Assembly: GCF_000145295.1 (NCBI RefSeq)
Contig: NC_014408.1
Span: forward strand, 540,001 to 572,000
Source of the DNA: Methanothermobacter marburgensis str. Marburg
Lineage (GTDB): Archaea; Methanobacteriota; Methanobacteria; Methanobacteriales; Methanothermobacteraceae
Direction of reading: 5' to 3'
DNA: 32,000 nucleotides
The notes under the pieces are model-generated. The model had not been told where the DNA came from and searched no databases. It saw nothing but the letters and a program-made list of their open reading frames with translations. The first letter of the stretch is position 1. Every line of letters begins with the position of its first letter. Of this stretch, positions 18,344 to 27,756 are shown one piece after another. The position numbers and the translations under genes are program-made.

Positions 18344-19090
18344 TCAGATCTTAATGTTCCATCTTTCAGTGTCTTCCCTGTCCAGTATCATCTCAGCAAC
18401 CCTTCTGTAGGCGCTCACAACGCCCTCCTCTCCCCGGCGGAATATGTCCTTGTCCAGGGGTTTACCGGTCTCCATGTCCCAGAGGCGGCAGGTGTCAGGG
18501 CTCACCTCATCCCCCAGACGTATCCTTCCAGAGGAATCCCTTCCAAATTCCAGCTTGAAGTCAGGCAGAATTATGCCCTTTTCTCTGAAGAACTCCACAA
18601 GGACATCGTTTATCTTAAATGTCATCCTCCTTATCTCTGAAATCTCGTCCCTGGTTGCTATCCCAAGGGCGAGGATTATGTCCTCATTGAGCATGGGGTC
18701 ACCGTGCTCGTCGCTCTTGTAGTCCATCTGTATGATTGGGGGCCTGAATTCCTGCCCCTCAGTGAAGGGGAACCTTCGAACAATACTTCCCGCTGCAATG
18801 TTCCTCAGTATAACCTCTATGGGTATCATGTCAAGTTTCCTTGCAAGCATGCAGCCGGGTTCCGGGAGTTCCAGGTACTGGGTTGGTACACCGGCCTCCT
18901 CAAGGACCTCAAATATTTTGGCTGAAATAACAGAGTTATAGTAGCCCTTCATTTCAAGGGTGTCCTTCTTTTCACCGTCACCTGCGGTTATATCGTCCCT
19001 GAACCTCACGGCAACGATTTCAGGGTCATCTGTCATGAGAACATCCTTTGCCTTACCACTGTAGAGTGGGCCGTCTATTTTCACGTTCAT
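18344..19090 (-). CDS. purC: Phosphoribosylaminoimidazole-succinocarboxamide (SAICAR) synthase
   Basis: 248 aa. [18 protein letters not shown] and LPDFKLEFG motifs. ATG start. Confidence 0.92.
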   Translation of the reverse strand: MNVKIDGPLYSGKAKDVLMTDDPEIVAVRFRDDITAGDGEKKDTLEMKGYYNSVISAKIFEVLEEAGVPTQYLELPEPGCMLARKLDMIPIEVILRNIAAGSIVRRFPFTEGQEFRPPIIQMDYKSDEHGDPMLNEDIILALGIATRDEISEIRRMTFKINDVLVEFFREKGIILPDFKLEFGRDSSGRIRLGDEVSPDTCRLWDMETGKPLDKDIFRRGEEGVVSAYRRVAEMILDREDTERWNIKI

Positions 19091-19176
19091 ACTATCACTT
19101 TTAAAGCCTTGAGATTAAATCTCTCCTCTAAGACTTATATATGTGTAAATCTTATTAGAGTTATATTACGATTCAG

Positions 19177-19185
19177 TTTATATAA
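19177..19185 (+). promoter_or_regulatory. Candidate TATA box for glmS (TTTATATAA)
   Basis: Matches the methanogen TATA consensus. It lies about 40 nt upstream of ATG 19222, with AGGGTGAT SD at 19211-18. A mirror candidate for purC (cacatatataag on the minus strand) sits at about 19134-19145. Confidence 0.45.
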
Positions 19186-19221
19186 TCTTGTGAACCTTAT
19201 CATGCTTCTAAGGGTGATTAA

Positions 19222-20994
19222 ATGTGTGGCATTGTGGCTTGTATACTCAAAGATAACAGGGCTGCGCCGGTACTCCTTGAATGCGTCAGGAGACTTGAGT
19301 ACAGGGGCTATGACTCTGTAGGTATTGCAACGGCAGACCCAATGATAAATATCAAGAAGGACAGGGGTAAAATCGACGAGGTGGACTCAGAACTGGATCT
19401 CGCTGATCTACCAGGCAGCATGGGGATAGCCCATGTCAGGTGGGCCACACATGGTCTGCCAACCGCCGAGAACGCCCATCCCCACACAGACTGCACTGGG
19501 GAGATAGCGGTCGTTCACAACGGGATAATAGAGAACTACCTGGAGGTTAAGGAGGAACTTGAATCAGAGGGCCATGTCTTCAGGTCCGAGACAGACACAG
19601 AGGTGATACCACACCTCATAGAGAAGTACATGGATGAGGGTATGGACCTTGAAGCCGCAACAGCCACAGCACTCAGAAAACTTAAGGGCGCATATGCCAT
19701 TGCAGCCATATCCTCAAGGGAACCCGGCAGGGTTGTGGGTGCAAGGAAGGAGAGCCCCCTCATAGTCGGTGTCGGTGATGGCGAGTTCTTCCTGGCCTCT
19801 GATGTCCCGGCCATCCTGAACCACACCAAGAACATCATATACCTGGATGACGGCGAGATGGTCATAATTGACGGTGATGTGAGGATAAGGGACCTTGATG
19901 GTAACACCGTGAGTAAGGAGGTCCATGTAATTGACTGGACAGCGGACATGGCTGAAAAGGCAGGATACGATCACTTCATGATCAAGGAGATACATGAGGA
20001 GCCAGGGGCCGTCAGGGACACACTCACAGAGATGGATGATGTTATGCGGGTGGTGAAGGAGATAGGTGAGGTTGAAAGGGTATGCTTTGTTGCCTGCGGA
20101 ACCTCCTACCACGCATCACTGGTGGGCAAGTACCTCTTTGAGAGCATCCTGGGCATACCCACCGATGTCATCCTTGCAAGCGAGTTCAGGTACTCTGCAC
20201 GTGCCCTCACAGACAGAACCCTTGCAGTATTCATAAGCCAGTCAGGTGAAACAGCCGACACCCTCAATGCCCTGAGATCCGCAAATTCAAGGGCCAAGAC
20301 CCTGGCGATAGTCAATGTCCTTGGAAGCTCAGCAACAAGGGAGGCCCAGCATGTCCTCTACACGAGGGCGGGTCCTGAGATAGGCGTTGCAGCCACAAAG
20401 ACCTATGTGAGCCAGTTGACCATCATATACATGCTGGTGGCTGCCATGGGGGCCCCTGAGCTCATTGAGAAACTCGAAAAGGTTCCTGCTATCATGGAGG
20501 AGGCCCTTGGGGATGAGGATAATATAAGGGCACTCTCATCACACTACAGCAATGTGAGCGACTTCTTCTTCATAGGGCGCGGATTCTCCTACCCAACAGC
20601 CCTTGAGGGCGCCCTTAAACTCAAGGAGATAACATACATCCATGGGGAAGGTTATGCTGCAGGGGAACTCAAACATGGGCCCCTGGCACTCATCGATGAT
20701 GGGGTGCCTGTTGTTGCCATCTCACCCCCAGGGCCATGCCATGACAAGACCCTGAGCAACGTTGAGGAGGTCAGGGCGAGGGGTGCGAGGGTTATAGGTG
20801 TTGGGAGCACCCTTGATGAGGCCCTCAGGAAGGAGGCCGATGACTTCATAGGTCTGAGCCCTGAGGTCGATGAGGTACTCTCACCCCTTGTCTACATCGT
20901 TCCCCTGCAGCTACTCTCATACTATGTGAGTGTTGAGCGGGGACTTGACCCCGATAAGCCAAAGAACCTTGCAAAGTGTGTAACCGTTGAATGA
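19222..20994 (+). CDS. glmS: Glutamine--fructose-6-phosphate aminotransferase (isomerising)
   Basis: 590 aa. MCGIV N-terminal nucleophile, two SIS domains, C-terminal [12 protein letters not shown]. Confidence 0.95.
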   Translation: MCGIVACILKDNRAAPVLLECVRRLEYRGYDSVGIATADPMINIKKDRGKIDEVDSELDLADLPGSMGIAHVRWATHGLPTAENAHPHTDCTGEIAVVHNGIIENYLEVKEELESEGHVFRSETDTEVIPHLIEKYMDEGMDLEAATATALRKLKGAYAIAAISSREPGRVVGARKESPLIVGVGDGEFFLASDVPAILNHTKNIIYLDDGEMVIIDGDVRIRDLDGNTVSKEVHVIDWTADMAEKAGYDHFMIKEIHEEPGAVRDTLTEMDDVMRVVKEIGEVERVCFVACGTSYHASLVGKYLFESILGIPTDVILASEFRYSARALTDRTLAVFISQSGETADTLNALRSANSRAKTLAIVNVLGSSATREAQHVLYTRAGPEIGVAATKTYVSQLTIIYMLVAAMGAPELIEKLEKVPAIMEEALGDEDNIRALSSHYSNVSDFFFIGRGFSYPTALEGALKLKEITYIHGEGYAAGELKHGPLALIDDGVPVVAISPPGPCHDKTLSNVEEVRARGARVIGVGSTLDEALRKEADDFIGLSPEVDEVLSPLVYIVPLQLLSYYVSVERGLDPDKPKNLAKCVTVE

Positions 20995-21878
20995 TGGAGA
21001 TGACAGGAACCATAAAGAAGTACTATGGGGCCCTGACGCTCTTATGCGTCCTTACAGGTCTATTATTCCCCCAGTTTTCAGTTTTTTCAGGTTACACGCC
21101 CCTGCTTCTTGCATTGCTGGTGTTTTCCCTTGTCATTGAACACAGCCTGGAGGACTTTGGGAGGATCATCCACCACCCCCAGTTTCTTGGTCTGGTCTCT
21201 GTGTCCAATTTTCTGCTATATCCAGTTCTGGGGTTCATTTTTATTAAAACATTCAATTTCAGCGGTGATATTGTCTCGGGGATCATACTACTCTCATTTG
21301 CTCCATCACCTGTTGTTGCGGCCCTCTGGACGGAGCTATCCGGTGGTGACGGCACCCCTGCCCTTTCAGCTGCCCTTACATCGATGCTGCTATCTGTTGC
21401 AGTTTACCCTGCTGTCCTCTACCTCATGGGTGTGGCCTCACTTTCAGTGGCTTTCAGGGTATTTGAACTGCTTGTATTCACAGTATTCCTGCCTGCAGTC
21501 GCTGCACTCATCCTGAGGCTTGAGGAGGAGAGGTTTATACCTGCAAGAAAGAACCTTAACTTCCTGTCGGCGATACTTGGACTTGTGATAATAGTTGTTG
21601 CGGTTGCCCACATGTCAGGTTCGGTGAGAAGTGGTGGTGTGATGGAGATTGTCCTTATGGTATCTGTGATGCTACTTGCAGGTTTCACCTATGGCTTTAT
21701 TCTTGGAAGGCTAATGGGACATGATGGGGCAGCATATGTTTACACGGCGGGTATGCGTGATGGTGTGATCCCTGTTGGCGTGGCCCTCACCTACTTTTCA
21801 CCTGCAGCTGCGCTTCCTGCCACGATTTTACTTGTGGTGATGCCAGTATTCACGGGAATTGTTTACTATAAAGCTTAA
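20991..21878 (+). CDS. Polytopic membrane protein, bile acid:Na+ symporter (BASS/SBF-like) family permease
   Basis: 295 aa, about 9-10 hydrophobic segments with a BASS-like feel ([21 protein letters not shown]). The start overlaps the glmS stop (ATGA). Family call is by eye only. Confidence 0.55.
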   Translation: MMEMTGTIKKYYGALTLLCVLTGLLFPQFSVFSGYTPLLLALLVFSLVIEHSLEDFGRIIHHPQFLGLVSVSNFLLYPVLGFIFIKTFNFSGDIVSGIILLSFAPSPVVAALWTELSGGDGTPALSAALTSMLLSVAVYPAVLYLMGVASLSVAFRVFELLVFTVFLPAVAALILRLEEERFIPARKNLNFLSAILGLVIIVVAVAHMSGSVRSGGVMEIVLMVSVMLLAGFTYGFILGRLMGHDGAAYVYTAGMRDGVIPVGVALTYFSPAAALPATILLVVMPVFTGIVYYKA

Positions 21879-21911
21879 TCAATAAAGAAAGATGTTTTAA
21901 AGGGTGTTTAT

Positions 21912-23048
21912 ATGAATATACTAATAATACCACATGTACCTCATACGGTATGTAATATACCTGGTAGATCCAACTTTTTTATTGAAAATCTGAAAAAAAA
22001 TAATGAAATTCATGTGCTGTCATGGGACATGCCATATCCCCTCACATTTAATCGAATAAGAAATTTTAGTAGTATTATAAAAAATTATACAACTTCCATA
22101 GAAGATAATATATTTGTTCATCATGTGGGCAGGACCTTTATTTTACCACCTCTTAACAGGGGGGTTGTTAATGCTCAGATAAGGGACATAATAGATAAAA
22201 ATTCTATTGATGTTATATTTTCTGAAAGTTTCATATGGGATTTAGTACCTCCATTTGATGAGGTTCCTGTTATTTATGATCTGGTAGATGATCATGTAGA
22301 TTCCTATAAAAATGTGCCTCTAATGATGAGGTTTATGAGTAAATTTCTTAGAATAGAAGATTCTATTGGTGAACAGATAGAAAAAGCAGACCATACAGTT
22401 TTTGTTTCATCTGTTCTGAGAGATAAATATAAAAATCTATCAAAAGAAGCATCTGTTTTACCCAACGGCGTTGAAATTAATAAATTCAGGATGGCAAAGC
22501 CGGATAGGTTTATTGATAAATTTAATTTAGATAATTATGATTATGTCCTTGGCTATGTAAGTTATTTTGGTGAATGGTCAAATCTATATGAAACAGTGAG
22601 TAACTTAATACCTTTTCTTGAGGAAAAAAATTCTGTAATTATTATAGCCGGAGTTGGTCCTGAAGTTGATAAGTTGCGAAAAATAGGATCTGATAGGGTA
22701 ATATTGACCGGCATGGTTGAACATCAGCATATTCCTTCTCTTATGAAAACATTTGATGTAGGATTACTTCCTTTTAGAAAATACCCGTTTACTGATGCTG
22801 CTAGCCCTATAAAATATTTTGAATACTCAGCGGCGGGATTAAAGGTAGTTTCTTCTCCTCTTGAAGAAGTTAGAAGGATAGAATTTGGTAACACAGTGTT
22901 TTTTGATGATATTAAAGATATCAGAAATGCAGTTGAAATGGCTATAGAGATTGATTGCGACAAATCGGCTTTAATGAGATCTGTTAAGCTCTACGACTGG
23001 TCCAGATTATCAAATAGCCTTGAAAATATTCTTAAGACAAAACTATGA
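21912..23048 (+). CDS. Glycosyltransferase (GT-B fold, GT4-like)
   Basis: 378 aa. The C-terminal region PIKYFEYSAAGLKVVSSPLEE resembles the GT4 E-x7-E motif. AAGGGTG SD lies upstream. The gene is very AT-rich. Confidence 0.7.
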   Translation: MNILIIPHVPHTVCNIPGRSNFFIENLKKNNEIHVLSWDMPYPLTFNRIRNFSSIIKNYTTSIEDNIFVHHVGRTFILPPLNRGVVNAQIRDIIDKNSIDVIFSESFIWDLVPPFDEVPVIYDLVDDHVDSYKNVPLMMRFMSKFLRIEDSIGEQIEKADHTVFVSSVLRDKYKNLSKEASVLPNGVEINKFRMAKPDRFIDKFNLDNYDYVLGYVSYFGEWSNLYETVSNLIPFLEEKNSVIIIAGVGPEVDKLRKIGSDRVILTGMVEHQHIPSLMKTFDVGLLPFRKYPFTDAASPIKYFEYSAAGLKVVSSPLEEVRRIEFGNTVFFDDIKDIRNAVEMAIEIDCDKSALMRSVKLYDWSRLSNSLENILKTKL

Positions 23049-23146
23049 ATCATACTATGGACTTAAGAAAAATTCATTTATACAAATTATTTTTAATTTA
23101 TTTAACCAACCAGACATCTAATAATTAGAGGATTAAAAGGGATATT

Positions 23147-24088
23147 ATGAAAATATGCGCAGTTGTTGTCACCTTTAACCGTAAAAAATTGCTTCTGGAA
23201 TGCATTAATGCGTTAAGAAGTCAAACAAGACCACTTGAAGCCATATATATAATTGACAATTCATCCTCTGATGGGACACCAGAACTACTACAAAAGGAGG
23301 GGTATAGCCCCTCCCCTGATGGAGGAACATTGACCATTGAAAACCTTTACAATGAGGAGGAGATAAGGATAACCCATCTTAGACTATCAAGAAACATTGG
23401 AGGAGCTGGGGGTTTCTATGAAGGAGTCAAAATGGCTTATGAAGATGGATATGACTGGGTATGGTTAATGGATGATGATGTAGAGCCCTTACCCAATACT
23501 CTTGAGAATTTAATTAAAGTGGGAAATTCTATAGAAAAAAAATCTGCCCTTGTACCAGTAAGATTTTTTAATGGTTCGCTTTTCAATCTTGAGACAAAAG
23601 AATTTAATTTTAAAAATCCTTTAAGGAATTTCACATATGGTATAATTTCAGAGGATGATCTTATTAATGAATATTTTGAGGTTTCAGCGATATCATTTGA
23701 GGGTCCCCTGATAAGCGCAGATGCTATTGCGGAGATAGGTTTTCCTGATAAGGATCTTTTTATAATAGCAGACGATACTGATTATGCAATAAGGCTCAAA
23801 AAATATGCTCCTATTTATATGGTGTCAGAAGCGAAGATGATAAAAAAGGTTGTGGCGGATCCAGAATTCAACTGGAAGACACATTACCTTATAAGGAATA
23901 TTGTTTATCTAGATAGAAAGTATGGTGAAAACCTTTCTACCAAATACTTAAGGCCAATAAGAACACTCCTCCAATACATCATTATATACGCTTCAAAGAA
24001 TCCAAAAAATATTAAAAAAATATTAAGGGCTTTTAGAGAAGGTTATACTCTAAAAAAAGGGATTACAGTAGCTCCTGGTGAATTTTAA
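23147..24088 (+). CDS. Family 2 glycosyltransferase (rhamnosyltransferase-like)
   Basis: 313 aa. N-terminus ICAVVVTFNRKKLL...IIDNSSSDGT and the WLMDDDVEP (DxD) motif. AT-rich. Confidence 0.8.
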   Translation: MKICAVVVTFNRKKLLLECINALRSQTRPLEAIYIIDNSSSDGTPELLQKEGYSPSPDGGTLTIENLYNEEEIRITHLRLSRNIGGAGGFYEGVKMAYEDGYDWVWLMDDDVEPLPNTLENLIKVGNSIEKKSALVPVRFFNGSLFNLETKEFNFKNPLRNFTYGIISEDDLINEYFEVSAISFEGPLISADAIAEIGFPDKDLFIIADDTDYAIRLKKYAPIYMVSEAKMIKKVVADPEFNWKTHYLIRNIVYLDRKYGENLSTKYLRPIRTLLQYIIIYASKNPKNIKKILRAFREGYTLKKGITVAPGEF

Positions 24089-24122
24089 CTGGATCAAATA
24101 TATTATTCACTCCGAGGTTCTA

Positions 24123-25259
24123 CTATTTTGTAATTTTATTTGCTAGATTTTTGTAGATGTTTTCTAGGGAATTCACTAAAATGTCCCACAGGAAATATTT
24201 TTCAATTCTTTCTCTTCCTTTTTTACCCATATTGACCCTAATATCATCGTTTTTAAGGATTAAGCGGATTTTTTCCTTGAGTGAATCTCTATCACAGGGT
24301 TCCACAAGAAATCCATTTTCACCATCATTTATAACCTCAACAACACCCCCTGACCTGTATGCCACAACCGGCACAGAACAGGCGTTTGCCTCTGCAAGGA
24401 CCATCCCGAAGCCCTCCCTTGTTGAGGGAAGGACAAGCACCCTTGCCCCTTTAATACGGGATATGACCTCCCTGTAGCTCAGGTTGTGATGAAATGACAC
24501 CCTTGCACTGATCCCATATTCATCAACCATTCTTTTCAGCCTGGTTCTATCAACTCCATCCCCAATTATCTCAAGTTTCAGATTTGGGAACTCAGTTCCA
24601 AGGGCCTTGAAGACTTCGATAAGGTGGTCGACATGTTTGTGTGGGGCTAGTCTGCCCACAAATATTATGTATTCCCCATTGGTGGGGGACGTGGAATCAA
24701 TAAGTTCAAGGTCCACGCCGTTGGGAATGATATGTATACCCTCGGGGGATCTACCATATAGTTCCATCAGCGCAGATGCAGTGCTCCTGCTCACCGTGAT
24801 GACGCCATCGTAGGGTAGCCTCATGAGGATCCTCTCGAGGATTGATGCCAGCCCTGATGACTGTAACCACTGGTCTCCATTGGAGGAGCTCACATCATGG
24901 ATGGTTGCAACCATTGGGATCCCACGAAGTCTTGCTGCAAGTAGGGATGGTAGGAGCGGCGAGTATGTCTGGGCGTCTATTATATCATAATCATTCCTGC
25001 ATATCCATAGGAATACAGCCAGCATGAACCTCATAAAGTCAAGGGGTTTTCTGATGGGAGGCTTCCTTATTCTGGGGCCAACATGATGCACATGGATACC
25101 CTCAATTTCCTCATGATCAGGGACACCGTGAATTCTCATGGAAATCACGTCAACCTCGTGTCCCCTCCTTACGAGTCTCCTTGCAATTTCAAAGTATCGC
25201 CTTTCCCCTCCTCCATTGTAATGGGGTACAAAGAAATCTGACACTATTAGAATCCTCAT
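24123..25259 (-). CDS. Group 1 glycosyltransferase (GT4 family)
   Basis: MRILIVSDFFVPHYNGGGERR N-terminus and LPSTREGFGMVLAEANACSVPVVA (E-x7-E). ATG 25259 is preferred over the track GTG at 25268. Confidence 0.85.
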   Translation of the reverse strand: MRILIVSDFFVPHYNGGGERRYFEIARRLVRRGHEVDVISMRIHGVPDHEEIEGIHVHHVGPRIRKPPIRKPLDFMRFMLAVFLWICRNDYDIIDAQTYSPLLPSLLAARLRGIPMVATIHDVSSSNGDQWLQSSGLASILERILMRLPYDGVITVSRSTASALMELYGRSPEGIHIIPNGVDLELIDSTSPTNGEYIIFVGRLAPHKHVDHLIEVFKALGTEFPNLKLEIIGDGVDRTRLKRMVDEYGISARVSFHHNLSYREVISRIKGARVLVLPSTREGFGMVLAEANACSVPVVAYRSGGVVEVINDGENGFLVEPCDRDSLKEKIRLILKNDDIRVNMGKKGRERIEKYFLWDILVNSLENIYKNLANKITK

Positions 25260-25351
25260 AAAACCCACGTCTCACTTCCATGGATTGATTCACTTTCCTT
25301 AACTATATATCTATGATGGATAAATAGTGATAATAATACCCGGGTGGTCCC

Positions 25352-27715
25352 ATGAATCCACTGGCCCTGATTTCAATCACTGCTTTTGTGACTGCAACCG
25401 TCTCTGGAATATACATCTTTGTGAAGAACCCTGAGAGCCGTTTCAACAGGACACTCCTTGCTTTTTCGGCACTTGTCGCATACCTTTCACTCACAGATTT
25501 CGGCCTTTACATCTCAGAATCCTATGGGATGGCAGCCCTCTGGGTCAGAATGGGGTTCCTCTGGCCATTTGTGGTTCCTGTGATCCTCCATATGGTAATG
25601 ATATTCACGGGAAGAATGAGAAGATGGTACACTCTCGCAGCACTCTACGTACCTGCATTTATATTTTCAGTCCTTGAGCTTACAACTGGCCTCATAACGG
25701 CGGGCCCGCTGCTTACACCATGGGGATGGACCTTCGCAGCATCCAGATCACCAGCATATGACCTTTCAACCATCTGGGGACTCGTCGTGGGGTTGATTGC
25801 ACTTATACTTGTTGTGATTCACCTCAAGTCATCCTCCAGTAAAGGGAGGACCCAGGGACTCTACCTTTTCACGGGCCTCCTACTTCCCATTATAACTGGG
25901 TTCCTGACTGACTTCATGCTCCCATTTACGGGTATTGAGGTCCCATCACTCACAAACCCTGCTGCCGCAGCAGGGGTGGCAATAATAGCCTACGGGGTAC
26001 TCAGGTTTCACATACCAGTGCTCAGTCCAATAAATGCAGCGATGGACATTGTAAGGAGCATGAACAGTTTCCTCATCATAACAGACCTTGAATTCAGGAT
26101 ATCCTACGTTAACCCGGCAGCTGAGAGGTTAACGGGTTTCAGTGCAGCGGAACTTCTGGGAAGAAGGATAGATGAGGTCATGGAATTTGAGGGTAAACTA
26201 TCTGAAATGATGGGATCCATGGCGGAGTCAGCCCTGAAATCAAGGGATGGGCTGGTACCTGTTGTTGTATCCGCTGGTCACATTCATGGAAGTGGAGGTG
26301 AACACGTTGGCCTCCTCTTCACAGGCTCAGATATAAGGCCGATAAAGGAGATGGAACAAAAACTTAAAAGGAGGGAGGAACGCCTTGTGCTGCTCACAGA
26401 GCACATGGCTGATGGCCTCGGGGAATTTGACAGGGACTTCAACTTCAGATACCTCAGCCCATCAGTGAAGAACATAACAGGTTACAGCCATGAGCACCTC
26501 ATCAACAGGTCCGCCATCGATTTCCTGGATTACGTGCACCCCGATGACCGGGAAAATGTCAGGGACCTTATCATGAGTGATGAGGAAATGCACAGGGCAA
26601 CATTCAGGATAAAAAGGCCAGATGGGAGCTACAGGTGGGTGGAGTACGTTGACAGGCCCATCCGCAGAGATGGTGGTATCAGTGGCTATGTATTCGGCCT
26701 GAGGGATATACATGAACATAAACTCGCAGAGGAGGCCCTCAGGGTGAGCCGGGAGAAGTTCAGGGAGCTTTTCAGGAACATGAATGCAGGGGTAATCGCT
26801 TTAACTCCTTTTAAAGGAGGGTTCAGGGTTTTATCCATGAATCCTGCCGCTGAGGAGATGGAGGGTGTCGTCTGCGGGGACGTGAAGGGAATGGAACTTG
26901 AGAAGGCACTTCCAGGAATCGCAGAATCCAGTATCAGAGAAGCCCTTGAAGGGGTGACTGGGAAGGATGGACCACTGCACCTCCCTGAGGTTAAACGTGG
27001 TGAGAGATGGCTTGAAGTGTACATATACAGGCTTTCAACAGGTGAGGTTGTTATAATATACTGTGATATAACCCTCAGAAAGGAGTATGAGGAGAGGCTG
27101 AGATCCTCCCTAAGGGAGAAGGAGGCGCTTCTGAGGGAGGTGCACCACAGGGTCAAGAACAACTTCCAGATAATATCCAGCCTCATAAACCTCCAGTTAT
27201 CTGAAATCCAGGACCCAGCACCCCTCCTGGACCTTCAGAGCAGGGTTCAATCCATGGCCCTAGTACATGAACTCCTCTATGAATCTGAGGATATTACCAG
27301 TATCGACATGAGGCGCTACATTGAGAGGCTCACATCATCCATCCTGGACAGCTACCATGCAGCGGGAATAGAACTGAATGTCTCGGCCAAGGATGTGACT
27401 CTCCCCATCGAGACAGCCGTGCCCCTGGGCCTCATAATAAATGAGCTCATCACAAATTCCGTGAAATATGCATTCAGTGAGGGGGGCGAGATCACAGTGG
27501 AACTGGAATCAGAGGGTGATGATTTCATACTCACCATCTCAGATAATGGTGTGGGTTTTCCACCTGACTTTGTACTTGAGGAGTCTGATTCACTGGGCCT
27601 GAAACTTGTAAGTGGCCTTGTGGATCAGCTGGACGGGGACCTTGAAGTGGATATGGAGGATGGAACCCAATTCAGGGTAAGATTCTCGGTTGTGCCCTAC
27701 AGGCCCAGAATATAG
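25352..27715 (+). CDS. Membrane-bound multi-PAS sensor histidine kinase (HisKA_2-type)
   Basis: 787 aa. About 6-7 N-terminal TM helices, then three PAS-like segments. The phospho-acceptor box is EVHHRVKNNFQIISSLINLQ. ATPase boxes are INELITNSVKYAF, DNGVGFP and GLKLV. GGGTGG SD lies upstream. Confidence 0.85.
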   Translation: MNPLALISITAFVTATVSGIYIFVKNPESRFNRTLLAFSALVAYLSLTDFGLYISESYGMAALWVRMGFLWPFVVPVILHMVMIFTGRMRRWYTLAALYVPAFIFSVLELTTGLITAGPLLTPWGWTFAASRSPAYDLSTIWGLVVGLIALILVVIHLKSSSSKGRTQGLYLFTGLLLPIITGFLTDFMLPFTGIEVPSLTNPAAAAGVAIIAYGVLRFHIPVLSPINAAMDIVRSMNSFLIITDLEFRISYVNPAAERLTGFSAAELLGRRIDEVMEFEGKLSEMMGSMAESALKSRDGLVPVVVSAGHIHGSGGEHVGLLFTGSDIRPIKEMEQKLKRREERLVLLTEHMADGLGEFDRDFNFRYLSPSVKNITGYSHEHLINRSAIDFLDYVHPDDRENVRDLIMSDEEMHRATFRIKRPDGSYRWVEYVDRPIRRDGGISGYVFGLRDIHEHKLAEEALRVSREKFRELFRNMNAGVIALTPFKGGFRVLSMNPAAEEMEGVVCGDVKGMELEKALPGIAESSIREALEGVTGKDGPLHLPEVKRGERWLEVYIYRLSTGEVVIIYCDITLRKEYEERLRSSLREKEALLREVHHRVKNNFQIISSLINLQLSEIQDPAPLLDLQSRVQSMALVHELLYESEDITSIDMRRYIERLTSSILDSYHAAGIELNVSAKDVTLPIETAVPLGLIINELITNSVKYAFSEGGEITVELESEGDDFILTISDNGVGFPPDFVLEESDSLGLKLVSGLVDQLDGDLEVDMEDGTQFRVRFSVVPYRPRI

Positions 27716-27756
27716 GAAGGGCAAACTTTAAGTTAAAATGCACTGGATCATTTAAC

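Noticed and set aside
19091-19221. Possible glmS ribozyme or riboswitch in the glmS leader
   Set aside because: The 131-nt spacer is AT-rich promoter DNA shared with divergent purC. It is too short and unstructured for the glmS ribozyme, which is a bacterial element.
23124-23134. Exact 11-mer ATTAGAGGATT shared with the first tgtA-upstream repeat (28997-29007), plus looser look-alikes at 8046-8077 and 19153-19185, suggesting a dispersed motif
   Set aside because: Roughly a hundred exact 11-mer coincidences are expected by chance among all position pairs in 32 kb. The motif is largely an SD-like GAGGA in AT-rich context. Only the local tandem array upstream of tgtA is statistically convincing.
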